Shown here: positions 40,025 through 50,646 of the stretch, in pieces
Layout: each line of letters opens with the position of its first letter
Position numbering within the stretch: position 1 is the first letter of the stretch
DNA from: Candidatus Krumholzibacteriales bacterium
GTDB lineage: Bacteria; Krumholzibacteriota; Krumholzibacteriia; Krumholzibacteriales; WJIX01
Reading direction: 5' to 3'
Length of the DNA: 61,070 bases
Assembly (NCBI GenBank): GCA_046483305.1
Contig: JAWODM010000045.1
Location: 1-61,070 of the forward strand
Program-made: the position numbers and the translations under genes
Notes under the pieces: model-generated
What the model was told of the DNA's origin: nothing
Seen by the model: only the letters and a program-made list of their open reading frames with translations
The model's database searches: none

Positions 40025-41281
40025 CTACTCATATAGCGGAAATGCCCCGGCCAGCTCAAGCGCCCTGCCCCTTACCTCCCTGATGACATTCTCGTCAGTA
40101 TGGTTCTCCAGGACCCTGACCATCAGTTCGCCGATTTCATCCATCTCCGGCTCTTTCATCCCCCTGGTTGTAAGAGCCGGGGTGCCGACCCTGATGCCTG
40201 AAGTGACGAACGGGCTCTCCCTGTCGAAGGGAACGGTATTCTTGTTCACCGTGATACCCGCTGCTTCCAGTGCTTTTTCGGCATCCTTCCCGGTCAAATC
40301 CTTTTCAGAGAGATCTATCAGGAAAAGGTGATTATCGGTGCCGCCGCTGACTATATCAAAATCCTGAGCCATCAGGCTGGAGGCCAGCCTGGCTGCATTT
40401 GCCTTTACCTGTTTCTGGTATTCCTTGAACCGGTCCGACATCGCTTCCTTGAAACAGACCGCCTTGCCCGCGATCACATGCATGAAAGGCCCGCCCTGAG
40501 TGCCGGGAAAGTTGAGTTTGTCGACCTGCTTGCGGTATTTCTTGGGGCACAATATGAACCCTCCCCTGGGCCCCCGAAGGGTCTTATGGGTAGTCGAGGT
40601 TATCACATCGGCGTACGGGATCGGGCTGGAGTGAACCCCGGCGGCAATCAGCCCCGCGATGTGAGCTATATCAACCATCAGGAAGGCCCCCACTTCGTCG
40701 CATATCTCCCGGAGCCTGGCCCAGTCCCACTCTCTCGGATAAGCGCTTGCTCCCGCAACGAACATCTTGGGGCGCTCCTTCTTTGCCTGCTCTTCGAGCT
40801 GGTCGTAATTGAGCATCCTGGTTTCCCGGTCCACTTCGTAGTGAACCACATCGAAAGCCATGCCCGAAAAATTGACCGGATGTCCGTGAGACAGGTGCCC
40901 GCCGTGGGAGAGGCTCATCCCCATTATCTTATCCCCGGGCTCTATAAAGGCGAGATAAGCTGTTATATTCGCCTGGGTTCCGGAATGGGGCTGAACATTG
41001 CCGTGTTCGGCTCCGAAAAGCTCCTTTACCCTCTTCCTGGCCAGCCTCTCGGCCTGGTCGACGAACTCGCACCCGCCGTAATACCTCTTTCCGGGATACC
41101 CCTCGGCGTACTTATTCTGCATCGGGTTGCTCAGAGCGGCCAGTACCGCTTTACTGGTGAAATTCTCGCTCGCTATCATTTCCAGCTGATTCTGCTGGCG
41201 CTCCAGCTCTGATTTTACAGCTTCCATGATCTCCGGATCGGTTTTCTCGAGATACGGAAAGAGATTTTCATCAAACAACAT
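40025..41281 (-). CDS. glyA: Serine hydroxymethyltransferase
   Basis: [23 protein letters not shown] and [12 protein letters not shown] motifs. Confidence 0.98.
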   Translation of the reverse strand: MLFDENLFPYLEKTDPEIMEAVKSELERQQNQLEMIASENFTSKAVLAALSNPMQNKYAEGYPGKRYYGGCEFVDQAERLARKRVKELFGAEHGNVQPHSGTQANITAYLAFIEPGDKIMGMSLSHGGHLSHGHPVNFSGMAFDVVHYEVDRETRMLNYDQLEEQAKKERPKMFVAGASAYPREWDWARLREICDEVGAFLMVDIAHIAGLIAAGVHSSPIPYADVITSTTHKTLRGPRGGFILCPKKYRKQVDKLNFPGTQGGPFMHVIAGKAVCFKEAMSDRFKEYQKQVKANAARLASSLMAQDFDIVSGGTDNHLFLIDLSEKDLTGKDAEKALEAAGITVNKNTVPFDRESPFVTSGIRVGTPALTTRGMKEPEMDEIGELMVRVLENHTDENVIREVRGRALELAGAFPLYE

Positions 41282-41297
41282 CGCTTATCGCCTCTCT

Positions 41298-41744
41298 TTA
41301 CTGATTTAAAGCTTCGTAATCAGCTATCTTATTTATTCTCCTCAGATGCCTGCCCCCCTCAAAAGGGGTGTTGATCCAGGTCAGGACCAGCTCGTTGATA
41401 TCCGGGTCATCGCCGCTCTTTTCCGATAGAGCCAGGACATTCGAGTCGTTGTGCTTCCTGGTCATTTCAGCGTCACGGACAGACCTGCACAGAGCGGCCC
41501 GGATTCCCCTGACCTTGTTGGCAGCTATGGACATCCCGATACCGGATCCGCAAATCAGGATTCCCCGGTCTGCTTCTCCGGCGGCCACCTTTTCAGATAC
41601 CGCAAAAGCAAAATCGGGGTAATCCGCCGGCTCTTCGCTCCCGGCGCCGAGATCCATCACCTCATGTCCCCGGTCCTCCAGCAGCTCCCTTAACCTGGAC
41701 TTTAATTTATAGCCGCGATGATCCGATCCGACGGCAACTTTCAT
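41298..41744 (-). CDS. rpiB: Ribose-5-phosphate isomerase B
   Basis: GSDHRG, DYPD, CGSGIGMSIAANK and FEGGRH motifs. Confidence 0.96.
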   Translation of the reverse strand: MKVAVGSDHRGYKLKSRLRELLEDRGHEVMDLGAGSEEPADYPDFAFAVSEKVAAGEADRGILICGSGIGMSIAANKVRGIRAALCRSVRDAEMTRKHNDSNVLALSEKSGDDPDINELVLTWINTPFEGGRHLRRINKIADYEALNQ

Positions 41745-41774
41745 TACCCGCTCCACGATTGAGTGATTCACGGT

Positions 41775-42704
41775 TTAATCGTTATAGACTAAATCGAGCC
41801 AGTGCATCCTGTCTTCAACTTCGGCATTGAGTACCTTGAAGAACCGATCCTGGAGCTTTCTGGTGATCGGGCCCCTCTTGCCCTCTCCCACCTGGATCTT
41901 GTCCACACTTCTGATCGGTGATATCTCCGCCGCCGTTCCGGTGAAGAAAACCTCATCAGCTATATAGAGCATCTCTCTGGGGATGAGTTTTTCTATCACT
42001 TCATAACCCATTTCCCGGGCAAGCTCGATAACGGTATTACGGGTTATTCCCGGAAGCACGCTTGCGCCAAGGGGGGGAGTGAAGATGATCTCATCCTGGA
42101 TCAGGAATATATTCTCTCCGCTTCCCTCGCTGACATACCCTCCGGAATCGAGCGCTATCCCTTCCACGTAACCATTCTTGATCGCTTCCATCTTGATAAG
42201 CTGCGAGTTCATGTAATTCGCGCCGGTCTTGGCCAGCGCGGGGAAGGTGTTGGGGGCTATCCTGTCCCAGGTTGACACCATAACGTCAACTCCCTGCTCC
42301 AGAGCTTCGGGTCCCAGGTACTTTCCCCATTCCCATACCACTATAAAGGAATTGATCGGGTTGTTGAAAGGATTGACGCCCAGCTCATTGTATCCGCGGT
42401 AAACCACAGGCCGGATATAACATTCCTTCATCTTATTTACCCTGATGGTCTCGAAGCAGGCCTCCATGAAATCTTCCCGGGGCATCTCCGGTTCCATCCT
42501 GTACATCTTAGCGGAATTATAAAGCCTCTTTATATGGGGCTCCAGCCGGAATATGGCCGGGCCCTTTTCGGTATTGTAACACCGGATCCCTTCAAAAACG
42601 CAGGTGCCGTAATGAATAACGTGCGCGCAGACATGAATTTTTGCATCGTCCCAGTCAACGAATTCTCCATCCATCCAGATCTTTTCAGATTTCGGTATTG
42701 GCAT
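41775..42704 (-). CDS. ilvE: Branched-chain amino acid aminotransferase
   Basis: HYGTCVFEGIR, EGSGENIF, LPGITR and FTGTAAEI motifs. Confidence 0.96.
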   Translation of the reverse strand: MPIPKSEKIWMDGEFVDWDDAKIHVCAHVIHYGTCVFEGIRCYNTEKGPAIFRLEPHIKRLYNSAKMYRMEPEMPREDFMEACFETIRVNKMKECYIRPVVYRGYNELGVNPFNNPINSFIVVWEWGKYLGPEALEQGVDVMVSTWDRIAPNTFPALAKTGANYMNSQLIKMEAIKNGYVEGIALDSGGYVSEGSGENIFLIQDEIIFTPPLGASVLPGITRNTVIELAREMGYEVIEKLIPREMLYIADEVFFTGTAAEISPIRSVDKIQVGEGKRGPITRKLQDRFFKVLNAEVEDRMHWLDLVYND

Positions 42705-42869
42705 GTTTATTACCCTTTCTCTGTATGATTCCTCCGCTTATAAAGCGGACTCAGACAAAAACATTCTGCCCCATTATAGAAACTCCAGGCATCTGTTGCA
42801 ACACATTTCCGGTTTAGGCTATCTCTTTCATTATAGCTGAAATTTCTTTCAGAGCTGCGCCACTCAGCA

Positions 42870-43346
42870 TTATCGCCCGCCTGGATCAAATCGCTCGCGG
42901 ATATGATCGAAAAGAGGTCCGATAAGACTTTGTAAGTCGTCTCTGGCCTGGCGGTAGATCTCTCTGTCGCCTCCGATCGGATCCCTGATATCCGCCTCCT
43001 CCCGCTGCGGATCAAGCTCACCCAGCAGTATAACCCGGGCTTCCGCATCGGGGACCATCATGGTTATAACATCTTTGTGACGCTGTGCCATCGCCACAAT
43101 CAGATCCGCTGATTTGATGATTTCCTCATTCAGATGAGTCGACCTGTGAGTATTAAGATCAATTCCGATCTCCGACAGCACTTCCACGGCCAGAGGTGAA
43201 GCGGGAGAGCTCTCCAGGTCCAGGGTGCCGGCTGAAGAAAATTCAACCTTTCCGCCCCAGCCCCTGTCCGCCTTCTCCCGGGCAAGCGCCTCCGCCATCG
43301 GAGACCTGCAGGTGTTACCGGTGCAAACAAAAAGTACATTCAGCAA
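42870..43346 (-). CDS. Low molecular weight protein arginine/tyrosine phosphatase
   Basis: FVCTGNTCRSPMAE, SAGT and DIRDPIGG motifs. Confidence 0.93.
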   Translation of the reverse strand: MLNVLFVCTGNTCRSPMAEALAREKADRGWGGKVEFSSAGTLDLESSPASPLAVEVLSEIGIDLNTHRSTHLNEEIIKSADLIVAMAQRHKDVITMMVPDAEARVILLGELDPQREEADIRDPIGGDREIYRQARDDLQSLIGPLFDHIRERFDPGGR

Positions 43347-43544
43347 TAAAAAAACCCCCTGTTGATGAATAACTGAATATGCTCTACCTGATAAAATAGC
43401 TCCAATCCCCGATATTTGTCAAATGCTCTGTGGCGCGGAATTGATTCATTTCCGGTCAGGAGCGGAAAAATATTTAATATTACCGCCCGATTCTGTATCA
43501 TATATAAGTAAGAAGCAGTTTGTTCTTCCTGAACCAGCAGGACC

Positions 43545-44570
43545 ATGTACAGTTTTAACAGAAGAGAGTTTCTGAGAGGAGTTTTTTTTACTGCCGTGGC
43601 GGGATCGTTTCCGGCGCTATTTTCAGGCCCTCTCAAGAACAGGGGTAAAAGCGGAATGTTCGAACCCAACTACAGAAAACTTCAACGGAGCGGCGAGTTG
43701 AAAAAGCGGGGCAAACAGCTCTGGAACATCATGAGCGAATGCAGGCTGTGCCCCAGGGAATGCATGGCCGACCGGATCGAGGGAGAGAAAGGTTTCTGCG
43801 GCGCGGATTCCGGGCTGATTATATCCTCGGCCCATCCTCATTTCGGGGAGGAGAGGCCCCTGGTCGGGTCGGGAGGCTCCGGAACAATATTCTTCAGCAA
43901 CTGTTCCCTGAGATGCGTGTTCTGCATAAACTGGCAGATCAGCCACCGGGGAGATGGGACCCCGGTCAGCACCGGTCAGCTTGCGTCCATGATGCTGAGG
44001 CTCCAGGAACGGGGATGCCATAATATAAATGTGGTAACCCCAACCCACTATCTCCCCCATATAATTCTGGCCCTCGATCAGGCTGCCGAAAAAGGGCTCA
44101 GGCTTACGCTGGTCTACAATACCTGCGGGTGGGAACGGACAGAAATCCTGAAGATGCTGGACGGGGTGGTCGATATCTACCTTCCCGATTTTAAATATTT
44201 CAGCGGAAAGATGGCGGCCAGATACTCAGCCGGCGCTGAAAAGTATCCTGAAGTTACCAAAGCAGCGCTTCTGGAAATGAACCGCCAGGTGGGAGTGGCA
44301 AGGCCGGACCAGGACGGCCTGGTAAGGCGCGGCCTGATGATACGCCATCTGGTGATGCCGAACAATGTGGGAGGAAGCGGAAAGATTATGGAATGGATAG
44401 GCAGCAACCTTCCCAATGACACCTACGTTAATATAATGTCGCAGTACCGTCCGATGTACAAAGCTGAAGATTACCCCGAAATCTCCAGGCGGATATACCG
44501 AAGTGAATACAACGAAGTGATAAAAAAGGCCAGGGAGGCGGGACTGACGAACCTGGACATTCAGAGATAG
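43545..44570 (+). CDS. PflX-like radical SAM protein with a twin-arginine-like leader
   Basis: CRLCPREC, HFGEE, GSGTIFF, CSLRCVFC, DIYLPDFKY, IRHLVMP and MSQYRP motifs. Confidence 0.88.
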   Translation: MYSFNRREFLRGVFFTAVAGSFPALFSGPLKNRGKSGMFEPNYRKLQRSGELKKRGKQLWNIMSECRLCPRECMADRIEGEKGFCGADSGLIISSAHPHFGEERPLVGSGGSGTIFFSNCSLRCVFCINWQISHRGDGTPVSTGQLASMMLRLQERGCHNINVVTPTHYLPHIILALDQAAEKGLRLTLVYNTCGWERTEILKMLDGVVDIYLPDFKYFSGKMAARYSAGAEKYPEVTKAALLEMNRQVGVARPDQDGLVRRGLMIRHLVMPNNVGGSGKIMEWIGSNLPNDTYVNIMSQYRPMYKAEDYPEISRRIYRSEYNEVIKKAREAGLTNLDIQR

Positions 44571-44584
44571 TATCCCTGAGCCGG

Positions 44585-45391
44585 TTATACCGCTTTTTCT
44601 TCTTTTCGAGCATAGAATGCTCCCGCGCCAAGAAGCAGGACGGGAACAATCCATTTAAGCCACTCCGCGGCCCTCTCCAGTTTATAAAGGTCCGGACTGG
44701 AAGGGACGCCCGGCTCCAGCACGGAATTGTTTTCCGCAGACTGGAAATATTCCACGTACCTGGTAACGGTCGAATCCGGATAGCCCCTCCGCTCCATCGC
44801 TTCCCGGGTTGCAGCCGCCCCGCTCTCCTGCTCCAGTTCCGCGATGCCGGCCTCAAAAGTGACGCCGTAATCGGGATCGGCCACTCTCCATCCCTGTTCA
44901 GTCAGCACTTCAGCCACCACATGCCCGCCAAGGGCGACAAATCTCGCCTTCAACCCGTTAATTTCAGCTATCCTGACCATTACCGCCGATGCCTCCGAAC
45001 AGTTACCCCCCCTTCCGGCAGCTATCCTCCCGGCTATCTGGGTTTTTCCCGCCGGCCGGTAAATCAACCCGCACAGGTAAAGCAGCCAGTTCTCATAAAC
45101 GGTGACTCTCCGGCTGTTGGTATGGACTATCGATTCGAATACTTCCCTGTTGGCATCCTCCAGGGAAAAATTATCCGCCGGCCCCCTCAGAAGTTTGTCG
45201 AGCCCCGGTGAATCATCAATCAGATAATGATACCCGGGCACTGCCGGCCCGCCGCCGGGACTCTCCCCGCCGAACTCCGGCCTGACCATTAATCCGGCCA
45301 TATTCAGGGCGGTGAGCGCCGCTCCCACGAAGATTACAATCCAGGCAACAACTTTCAAAATATCCTGCCTCCTTTTAACTGCCCTTCTCAA
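44585..45391 (-). CDS. Membrane-anchored transglutaminase-like protein
   Basis: Cys-His-Asp triad pattern GNCSE..GHVVAEV..W.VADP; terminal TM helices. Confidence 0.65.
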   Translation of the reverse strand: MRRAVKRRQDILKVVAWIVIFVGAALTALNMAGLMVRPEFGGESPGGGPAVPGYHYLIDDSPGLDKLLRGPADNFSLEDANREVFESIVHTNSRRVTVYENWLLYLCGLIYRPAGKTQIAGRIAAGRGGNCSEASAVMVRIAEINGLKARFVALGGHVVAEVLTEQGWRVADPDYGVTFEAGIAELEQESGAAATREAMERRGYPDSTVTRYVEYFQSAENNSVLEPGVPSSPDLYKLERAAEWLKWIVPVLLLGAGAFYARKEEKAV

Positions 45392-45419
45392 TCAGGCCCC
45401 TTAACCTGCCCCGCAATAT

Positions 45420-46049
45420 CTACCGGTTCAACTCACGCAGATGCCGGTAGAAGGTAAAATAGAAATTGAATGACGCAAAGAATATGAATAACTGAATGGG
45501 CAGGAAAATGACCGGATATCTGACGGCAAAATCCCACATCCGTTTAAATTCGCCGCCGCGCATAAAGTTGATCACCAGAGCGGTTCTGATCAGCACGGAA
45601 AGGGCAGAGCCGATTATTACCAGAACAAGGGCATTTTTCAGCCCCGAGCGTTCTTCGTTCAAACCCTCCCCGTAGAAAACAGCGAAAAAATAGAGAGTTA
45701 TAGCGGAATTGATCCAGGGCAGAAAAAGATCGAAACTGACAGAATCGAAGAGAGAGCTTCCCATCACCACAAGCAGTTCCTTGAGAAAGAGAAGCGATAA
45801 CGCCGCCCAGCCTATTATCATCAGATTGGAAGCTTTATCCAGGGCTCTCTCCGAACTCTTCACATAATCCCTGCTGAAAGTTACAAAAAACAGAAGAATC
45901 ACCAGGGTGGCCGCAAACGATACCAGAGTGTGCAGGCCGGCGGCCGTTCCGGAGGCGAACAGGTCCGGGAAGAGAGTAGCCGCCGCCCTGGATACAAATA
46001 TGCAGGAAATCCCCGCCAGGACCAGCGCGGCCAGCTTCCTGAGTTTCAT
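45420..46049 (-). CDS. Hypothetical integral membrane protein
   Basis: About six hydrophobic segments; ATG after GGAGGAG. Confidence 0.7.
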   Translation of the reverse strand: MKLRKLAALVLAGISCIFVSRAAATLFPDLFASGTAAGLHTLVSFAATLVILLFFVTFSRDYVKSSERALDKASNLMIIGWAALSLLFLKELLVVMGSSLFDSVSFDLFLPWINSAITLYFFAVFYGEGLNEERSGLKNALVLVIIGSALSVLIRTALVINFMRGGEFKRMWDFAVRYPVIFLPIQLFIFFASFNFYFTFYRHLRELNR

Positions 46050-46311
46050 TTCTCCTCCCTGCAATTCCACGGATATTTCAACCCTATTCGAGACATCCGA
46101 TTATCGTCCATAACTTCATTACAGTAAAGCAAAATACGGATTATTTTGTGTTTTTGTTTCGAATTTGAGAAGGTTTGCCGGGGGCGCCGGGATGTGCGAC
46201 GACCTTACCATGCTGGCGGCCAGGGCCCTGCCGGGTGAGGAAAGGTAGCCCCGGTCAGCCGCCGGCGAAACTTCTTCCCGGTTTATTTTATTCGGAGGAG
46301 ATCCCCGATGA

Positions 46312-47100
46312 TCAGCTCTCTCCCTTATCATCTATTTTCTCAGGTTTGAATTCCAGGAAAAGCGAGTCCGGAATTTCAGCCCCGAATATCACCTCTTTCC
46401 ACTGCACCCTGTTTCTTTCCCTGCCTCCGGCATACCTGGTAAGTTTATAGGGAACCATTATCCCCGCGGTCTCACGGTAGTCCTCCATAAGCTCCTGCCG
46501 GGAACTGCTCACTTCTATCCTTCTGACCGGAAGGTGAGTTCCCATATCCAGATCATAAAGTATGGTGTCTCCTTCCAGCACACAGCCGACTCTCTCCACC
46601 CGGTATCCGGCAATCAGCGAATCATCCGGCTGCTCCGCGGCGACAAAGAAGGTATCGCAGGCGCTGTAATAGTAAGGAAGCCCGTCAACGGCCTCCAGGG
46701 CCTGGTGAATCATCGAGGTATAACGTTCGCTCTGTCTCACGTTGAGGTTTACCACCGCCCACACGTCTGGGCCGTTACCGTAATAGGTGTAGTAGAAGGG
46801 GTGGTCGTAAGCAGCGAAGTTCTGGTCCATCCTTATCCTGTCCGGCTTCTTCACGTGAACCGTATAATCCGCCTTTAGATTTGGCCAGCCGGGGAATTCA
46901 GTTTTGAGAATGCCCCTCTGTATTCTGGTTTTCCATCCGGTAGTTTTCTCAAGCCCTCCCAGGGCTTTCACCGAATTGTACAGGGCCCTCCGGGCGGGAT
47001 CGGACGGGGCGCTCTCACAGCCGGGCAGGGCGGCGTATAATGATATCAGAACAGCCGCCGCAGTCAGGAACCTGATACTATTTCTCATTTCAACCTCCAT
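46312..47100 (-). CDS. Hypothetical lipoprotein (LolA-like fold, tentative)
   Basis: Lipobox LPGC; ALGG; DYRETAGIMVPY and IPDSLF endings. Confidence 0.65.
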   Translation of the reverse strand: MEVEMRNSIRFLTAAAVLISLYAALPGCESAPSDPARRALYNSVKALGGLEKTTGWKTRIQRGILKTEFPGWPNLKADYTVHVKKPDRIRMDQNFAAYDHPFYYTYYGNGPDVWAVVNLNVRQSERYTSMIHQALEAVDGLPYYYSACDTFFVAAEQPDDSLIAGYRVERVGCVLEGDTILYDLDMGTHLPVRRIEVSSSRQELMEDYRETAGIMVPYKLTRYAGGRERNRVQWKEVIFGAEIPDSLFLEFKPEKIDDKGES

Positions 47101-48335
47101 TATACGGTTAAGTTTTCATGGGCATTTAGCAGCATCGATCTGACGGAAAGATGGTATTTACAGCTGCTCTCACAGTATCCGGGACAGCTCCGGCACTGGC
47201 TGGCCTTTCTTCCATCAGAAAGCCGGGAGTACTTGCCTATGGCGTATTTCTCCCTCCCGTAATTATTGAAGTACAGATTATACCTCAGGATATCATGGAT
47301 CGGCACATCTTGCGGACAGGAGGCCAGGCAGCCGTCACAACCGGGCCGGCAGTAATCCTGGTTCAGAAGCATTCCATAACCTTCCAGCACCTCTCTCTCC
47401 TCGGGTGTCAGATCCGAAGAGCCCGAGACTTCCACGAATTCATCTATCTGCTCGAACGATCTCATGGTTATCGCTATGGTATCTATACCCGGCTGAGCGA
47501 GCATCCACTTGATTAGAGCCTGACGGGCGGTCCGGCCCTTCCTCATGAAAGCGGAATAATTGATCTTCCTGGCGGCCGAGAGCGATTTCATCGCCACCAC
47601 CGCCACACCCTTGCCGGACGCCTTTTCGATAACCGGGCCCAGGCCGCCGGTCAGCATATTCATTCCCGGCATTATCATATTTATAGAGGTATTGTCCACC
47701 AGCCACTGCAATTCCTCCATCATCTTCGGCCCGTGGGAGCTGGCTCCCCAGTTGCGAATCTTTCCCTGTCTGATCGCCTTCTCGAAGGCGGAGGCAACCG
47801 CCGGATTCTCGATCCTGGACCGGTCTCCCAGACCGGGATCTCCAACCGAGTGTATCAGGCAGCAGTCGATGTAATCGGTATTGAGCCTCTTCAGGCTGTC
47901 TTCGATACCCTTCATCACTGCCTCCTCCGAGACATCGGCGGTTATCAGCTCGGGCATCAGCTTGGTGGTCACAAACAGCTTATCCCGCTTTTCCGGAAAA
48001 AGCTTCCCTATAACCTTTTCCATGTCGTAATACTGCCTTGCCGTATCAACGTAATTTATTCCCCTGTCCATGGCGTATTCGAGAAGAGCGGGGTCTTTCA
48101 TCCCGGCGTTTCCGAACGAGATATCGGAGACCTTCCACCCGGTGTTTCCCAGTTTCCGGTACTCCTTTATGGAAGGCGCCCCGCCTTCCCTGTTCTGATC
48201 CCCGCTATTCTCCTGTCCGGCGGCGGACAGACCGCCGGCAACCGAGGAAATCCCTATACCGGCCCCCACCACCGAAGCGGCGGTCCTGCGAAGAAAAGAC
48301 CTCCTGGTGATATTCTTCTTCTCCGACTCTTTCAT
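47100..48335 (-). CDS. Aldo/keto reductase with Tat leader and C-terminal Fe-S domain
   Basis: TRRSFL; YRKLGNTG, GINYVDTARQY, SLKRLNTDYID; CRPGCDGCLASCP. Confidence 0.9.
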   Translation of the reverse strand: MKESEKKNITRRSFLRRTAASVVGAGIGISSVAGGLSAAGQENSGDQNREGGAPSIKEYRKLGNTGWKVSDISFGNAGMKDPALLEYAMDRGINYVDTARQYYDMEKVIGKLFPEKRDKLFVTTKLMPELITADVSEEAVMKGIEDSLKRLNTDYIDCCLIHSVGDPGLGDRSRIENPAVASAFEKAIRQGKIRNWGASSHGPKMMEELQWLVDNTSINMIMPGMNMLTGGLGPVIEKASGKGVAVVAMKSLSAARKINYSAFMRKGRTARQALIKWMLAQPGIDTIAITMRSFEQIDEFVEVSGSSDLTPEEREVLEGYGMLLNQDYCRPGCDGCLASCPQDVPIHDILRYNLYFNNYGREKYAIGKYSRLSDGRKASQCRSCPGYCESSCKYHLSVRSMLLNAHENLTV

Positions 48336-48351
48336 GACTCCTCCTTTATTA

Positions 48352-50448
48352 CTATTCCTCAAGGTCCAGTCCATATTTTTCTTCTATAAACAGCGGCGGC
48401 ATTGGTCCGTCGATCGGTTTGTTCTCCTTCACATACCAGTCATACCACTGCAGGTGCCGGTACAGAACATCTATCCTGCCGGGCTGTTTCCGGTTCCCAT
48501 GGCCCTCTCCCGGGTAGCGTACCATCCTCACTGCCGGATGGCCGTTCATCTTCAGCCTCCTGAAGAACTCCAGGCTCTGTGACGGGTGTACCCTGGTATC
48601 GGCGGTGCCTCCCAGTATCAGAACCGCCGTCTCGCTCTGATGAGCCCAAAATATGGGAGATCTCCTTATACTGAACTCCCACATATCCCACGAGGAATCG
48701 AGCTTCTTTCCGGAATGAACGTAGAGCTCCTCCCAGGGTATGTCTGTGGTCCCCCGCTTGCTCACCAGGTCGCTTATCCCCACGAACATGCAGACCGCGT
48801 TGACATACTCCGTGTAATAAGAGGCGAACCAGGCGGAAGCGAAACCTCCGTAGGAACCTCCTCCCAATCCGACCCGTTCACGGTCGGCCAGCCCCTGATC
48901 CACCAGGAAGTCGATACCGTCGGCAAGGTCGTCGAATTCCTTTCCGGCCGCATCCCGGTAACCCTGCAGGGCGAATTCGGTACCGTAACCGGTACTGGCC
49001 CTGTAATTGGGATAGAATACGAGATACCCCATTCCCGCCAGAACGTGGCCTGGATTGAAATAACTCCCCAGCCATCCGTTGGTATAGTGAGATTCGGGGC
49101 CCCCGTGAACTGCAACTATGAGGGGATACCTGTCTCCCTCCCGATAGTCAACCGGGTAAACCAGGATTCCCTCTATTTCCAGCCCGTCCCTGGCCTGGTA
49201 GGTTATCACTTCCTGCCTTCCCAGTTTTTTCTCTTCTATCCAGGGGTTGAATTCAGTCATCCTCTCCGGCCGGTCCCGGCCCCGTTTCCAGTAGAAAATA
49301 TCGCCCGGTATCCCGGGAGAGCTGCAGACCAGAGCGAAATGCCTGAAGTCGTCAGTATAGTGAGGAGCCCGGAACACCAGTCCGGTCTCCCTGCCGTCCA
49401 GAACCTTCTCCCTCTTTTCCCCGTCTGTTCTGACCGTATAAAGATTGTTCCACACCCCTTCAGCTGCCGTGTAGGCGACCGTCTTTCGATCCTTCCAGCC
49501 TACCGAGGTAATGTGGCCCTTGAAACCCGGGGGGGTAAGGTTGACCGGATCTCCCCCGTCCGCGTCGATCAGATAGGCCTGGCTTACGGCGTGGTCCTTC
49601 AGCTCCAGGGAAGCCGCGTAGGCAATTCTGGAGCCGTCCGGACTGAAAGCGAAATTTCCCATTTTCCCGTCGTGATCGGTCACCGGTTTCATCTCGCCCG
49701 ACTCCGGGTCCACCAGGTGTATATCCTGGAACATGTATCGATGGTCTACCAGGTTGAGGGGCGATATGGCAGCGGCGATCCTGTCGCCGTCCGGGCTGAA
49801 TTCAAAGCTCCAGACTACCGCGTCTTCGGTTACCTGCCTGGCTTCTGACGGTTTTCCCGCAGAACTCGCCTCGCATATATATATATTTCTGTCCTTCAGA
49901 TTTTCCTCGAAATAGACGAACCGGTACCCCTTGTCCTTCAATTTCTTTTCAGTTTCGGTTTCCGGTTCTGCAGCCACGTAGGCGATCCTGTCTCCGCCGG
50001 GGTGCCACCTGAAGGTAGAGACTCCGGTTTCCGAGTCGGTTACCGGAACAGCTTCTCCCCCGTCCACCGGAATCATCCAGACCTGGGTCTTCGCTCCCTC
50101 CCCCCTCTTCATCAGGAAAGCTATCCGGGAGCCGTCCGGGCTGAAACGGGGCGAGCTGACATTAACCTTTCCGGTGATGAAGGGGCGCGCCTTCCCCGTT
50201 TCTGCCGAAACCACATATAGCTCCCGGTAACCAGCGCCCGGTTCCTCGCCGGGGTCTCTCTGAAAATAGACGGTGTAGGCTATCAACCTCCCGTCAGGGC
50301 TTATCCTGGCGTTGTAGCTTCTCTTTATTCTGACGGCGTCCTCCGGCGACAGGGCCTCCGGCTCCGCCGGGGCCGGCAGCGGCACCAGCAGAACCGCCAG
50401 CAGTAATAAAACAGGGACTTTAACCTTTGAAAATGCTGATACTTTCAT
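48352..50448 (-). CDS. S9 family peptidase (dipeptidyl aminopeptidase/acylaminoacyl peptidase)
   Basis: Signal peptide, SPDG repeats, VHGGP, GGSYGG, DTRV and YPGEGH motifs. Confidence 0.95.
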   Translation of the reverse strand: MKVSAFSKVKVPVLLLLAVLLVPLPAPAEPEALSPEDAVRIKRSYNARISPDGRLIAYTVYFQRDPGEEPGAGYRELYVVSAETGKARPFITGKVNVSSPRFSPDGSRIAFLMKRGEGAKTQVWMIPVDGGEAVPVTDSETGVSTFRWHPGGDRIAYVAAEPETETEKKLKDKGYRFVYFEENLKDRNIYICEASSAGKPSEARQVTEDAVVWSFEFSPDGDRIAAAISPLNLVDHRYMFQDIHLVDPESGEMKPVTDHDGKMGNFAFSPDGSRIAYAASLELKDHAVSQAYLIDADGGDPVNLTPPGFKGHITSVGWKDRKTVAYTAAEGVWNNLYTVRTDGEKREKVLDGRETGLVFRAPHYTDDFRHFALVCSSPGIPGDIFYWKRGRDRPERMTEFNPWIEEKKLGRQEVITYQARDGLEIEGILVYPVDYREGDRYPLIVAVHGGPESHYTNGWLGSYFNPGHVLAGMGYLVFYPNYRASTGYGTEFALQGYRDAAGKEFDDLADGIDFLVDQGLADRERVGLGGGSYGGFASAWFASYYTEYVNAVCMFVGISDLVSKRGTTDIPWEELYVHSGKKLDSSWDMWEFSIRRSPIFWAHQSETAVLILGGTADTRVHPSQSLEFFRRLKMNGHPAVRMVRYPGEGHGNRKQPGRIDVLYRHLQWYDWYVKENKPIDGPMPPLFIEEKYGLDLEE

Positions 50449-50587
50449 ACCGGGCGCTCCTTTCGCTGAATACTTGTAATTTTCAGTGATTATAGCGTCA
50501 GCGGAAAAATTATTCCACAGCTATCTTGATTTAACAGCCGGAAAGGGGCTGCCGCTCCGATTAATTACAGATAAACCTAATTTCACG

Positions 50588-50616
50588 TTGACAATTCAAA
50601 TCAGTAATGATAATTA
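50588..50616 (+). promoter_or_regulatory. Putative sigma70 promoter of the MFS gene
   Basis: TTGACA at 50588 followed by GATAAT/TAATTA; RBS GGGAGG before 50647. Confidence 0.4.
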
Positions 50617-50646
50617 AAAAACTAATTTAAAAACGGGAGGTTAAGT

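Noticed and set aside
46165..46280. GC-rich intergenic stem containing GAGGAAAG, suggestive of RNase P or SRP RNA
   Set aside because: Lacks GAGGAAAGUCC and the SRP GGAA tetraloop motif, and is too short for RNase P RNA.
48586..49848. 420-aa + strand ORF
   Set aside because: Antisense shadow of the S9 peptidase in GC-rich DNA.
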